Notes under the pieces: model-generated
The model's database searches: none
What the model was told of the DNA's origin: nothing
What the model saw: the letters and a program-made list of their open reading frames with translations, nothing else
From: Candidatus Parcubacteria bacterium
GTDB taxonomy: Bacteria; Patescibacteriota; Patescibacteriia; Patescibacteriales; UBA12075
Direction: 5' to 3'
Assembly (NCBI GenBank): GCA_002869165.1
Contig: PKTK01000013.1
Location: 50,124 to 114,123, forward strand
DNA: 64,000 nt
Shown: in pieces, positions 63,941 to 64,000 of the stretch
Layout: the number at the start of each line of letters is the position of its first letter
Numbering within the stretch: position 1 is the stretch's first letter
Program-made: the position numbers and the translations under genes

Positions 63941-64000
63941 TCACACACAACTCTTAAATACAAACAAAAAAACACTGATTTACTGTCAGCGTTTTTTTAA

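Overview
This is an AT-rich bacterial chromosomal window. Most coding DNA is about one-third G+C by hand counts of 60-nt samples. It holds roughly 60 protein genes and 8 tRNAs. I found no rRNA, no CRISPR array and no intact transposase or integrase. The gene content suggests a Patescibacteria/CPR-like organism, which is inference only: a short SMC with no visible hinge, Lys/Glu-rich tails on GyrA, S1, L19 and FtsK, a VirB2/TrbC-like mini-pilin, large lamin-tail-domain surface proteins, a bacterial Elp3, and PIN-PhoH. Housekeeping genes include gyrA, ftsK, smc, polA, holA, recQ, murD, lgt, lspA, rpsA, rplS, rpsT, trpS, prs, gmk and tsaE, plus a one-carbon block (fhs, folD, glyA). The most unusual content is non-coding. 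(1) A roughly 600-nt G+C-rich, ORF-poor unit on the minus strand (37.8-38.4 kb) is bounded by a canonical TTGACA-17-TATAGT promoter and a strong intrinsic terminator. It lies next to a tRNA-Arg/Met/Lys cluster and is a candidate large structured ncRNA. (2) Three tRNA loci (Val, Cys, Lys) share one architecture: tRNA 3' half, terminator hairpin, inverted copy of the 3' half, spacer, direct copy. The Lys locus carries two roughly 179-bp tandem units. An identical 28-nt junction abuts the TTCGAATCC T-loop at both the Cys and Lys loci, which fits att-type remnants of a T-loop-targeting integrative element. (3) A 26-bp palindrome family has four copies plus a perfect DnaA box inside a 1.6-kb ORF-free gap, and a fifth copy at about +4 of a promoter elsewhere. 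(4) There are two dispersed G+C-rich repeat families. Coding oddities include a two-site CheC phosphatase and a FolD N-domain-only paralogue inside the glyA operon, three tandem divergent paralogues, a roughly 50% G+C secreted-protein islet, and an extracellular nuclease/lamin-tail-domain gene pair. All family assignments come from motif reading by eye; no searches were run.
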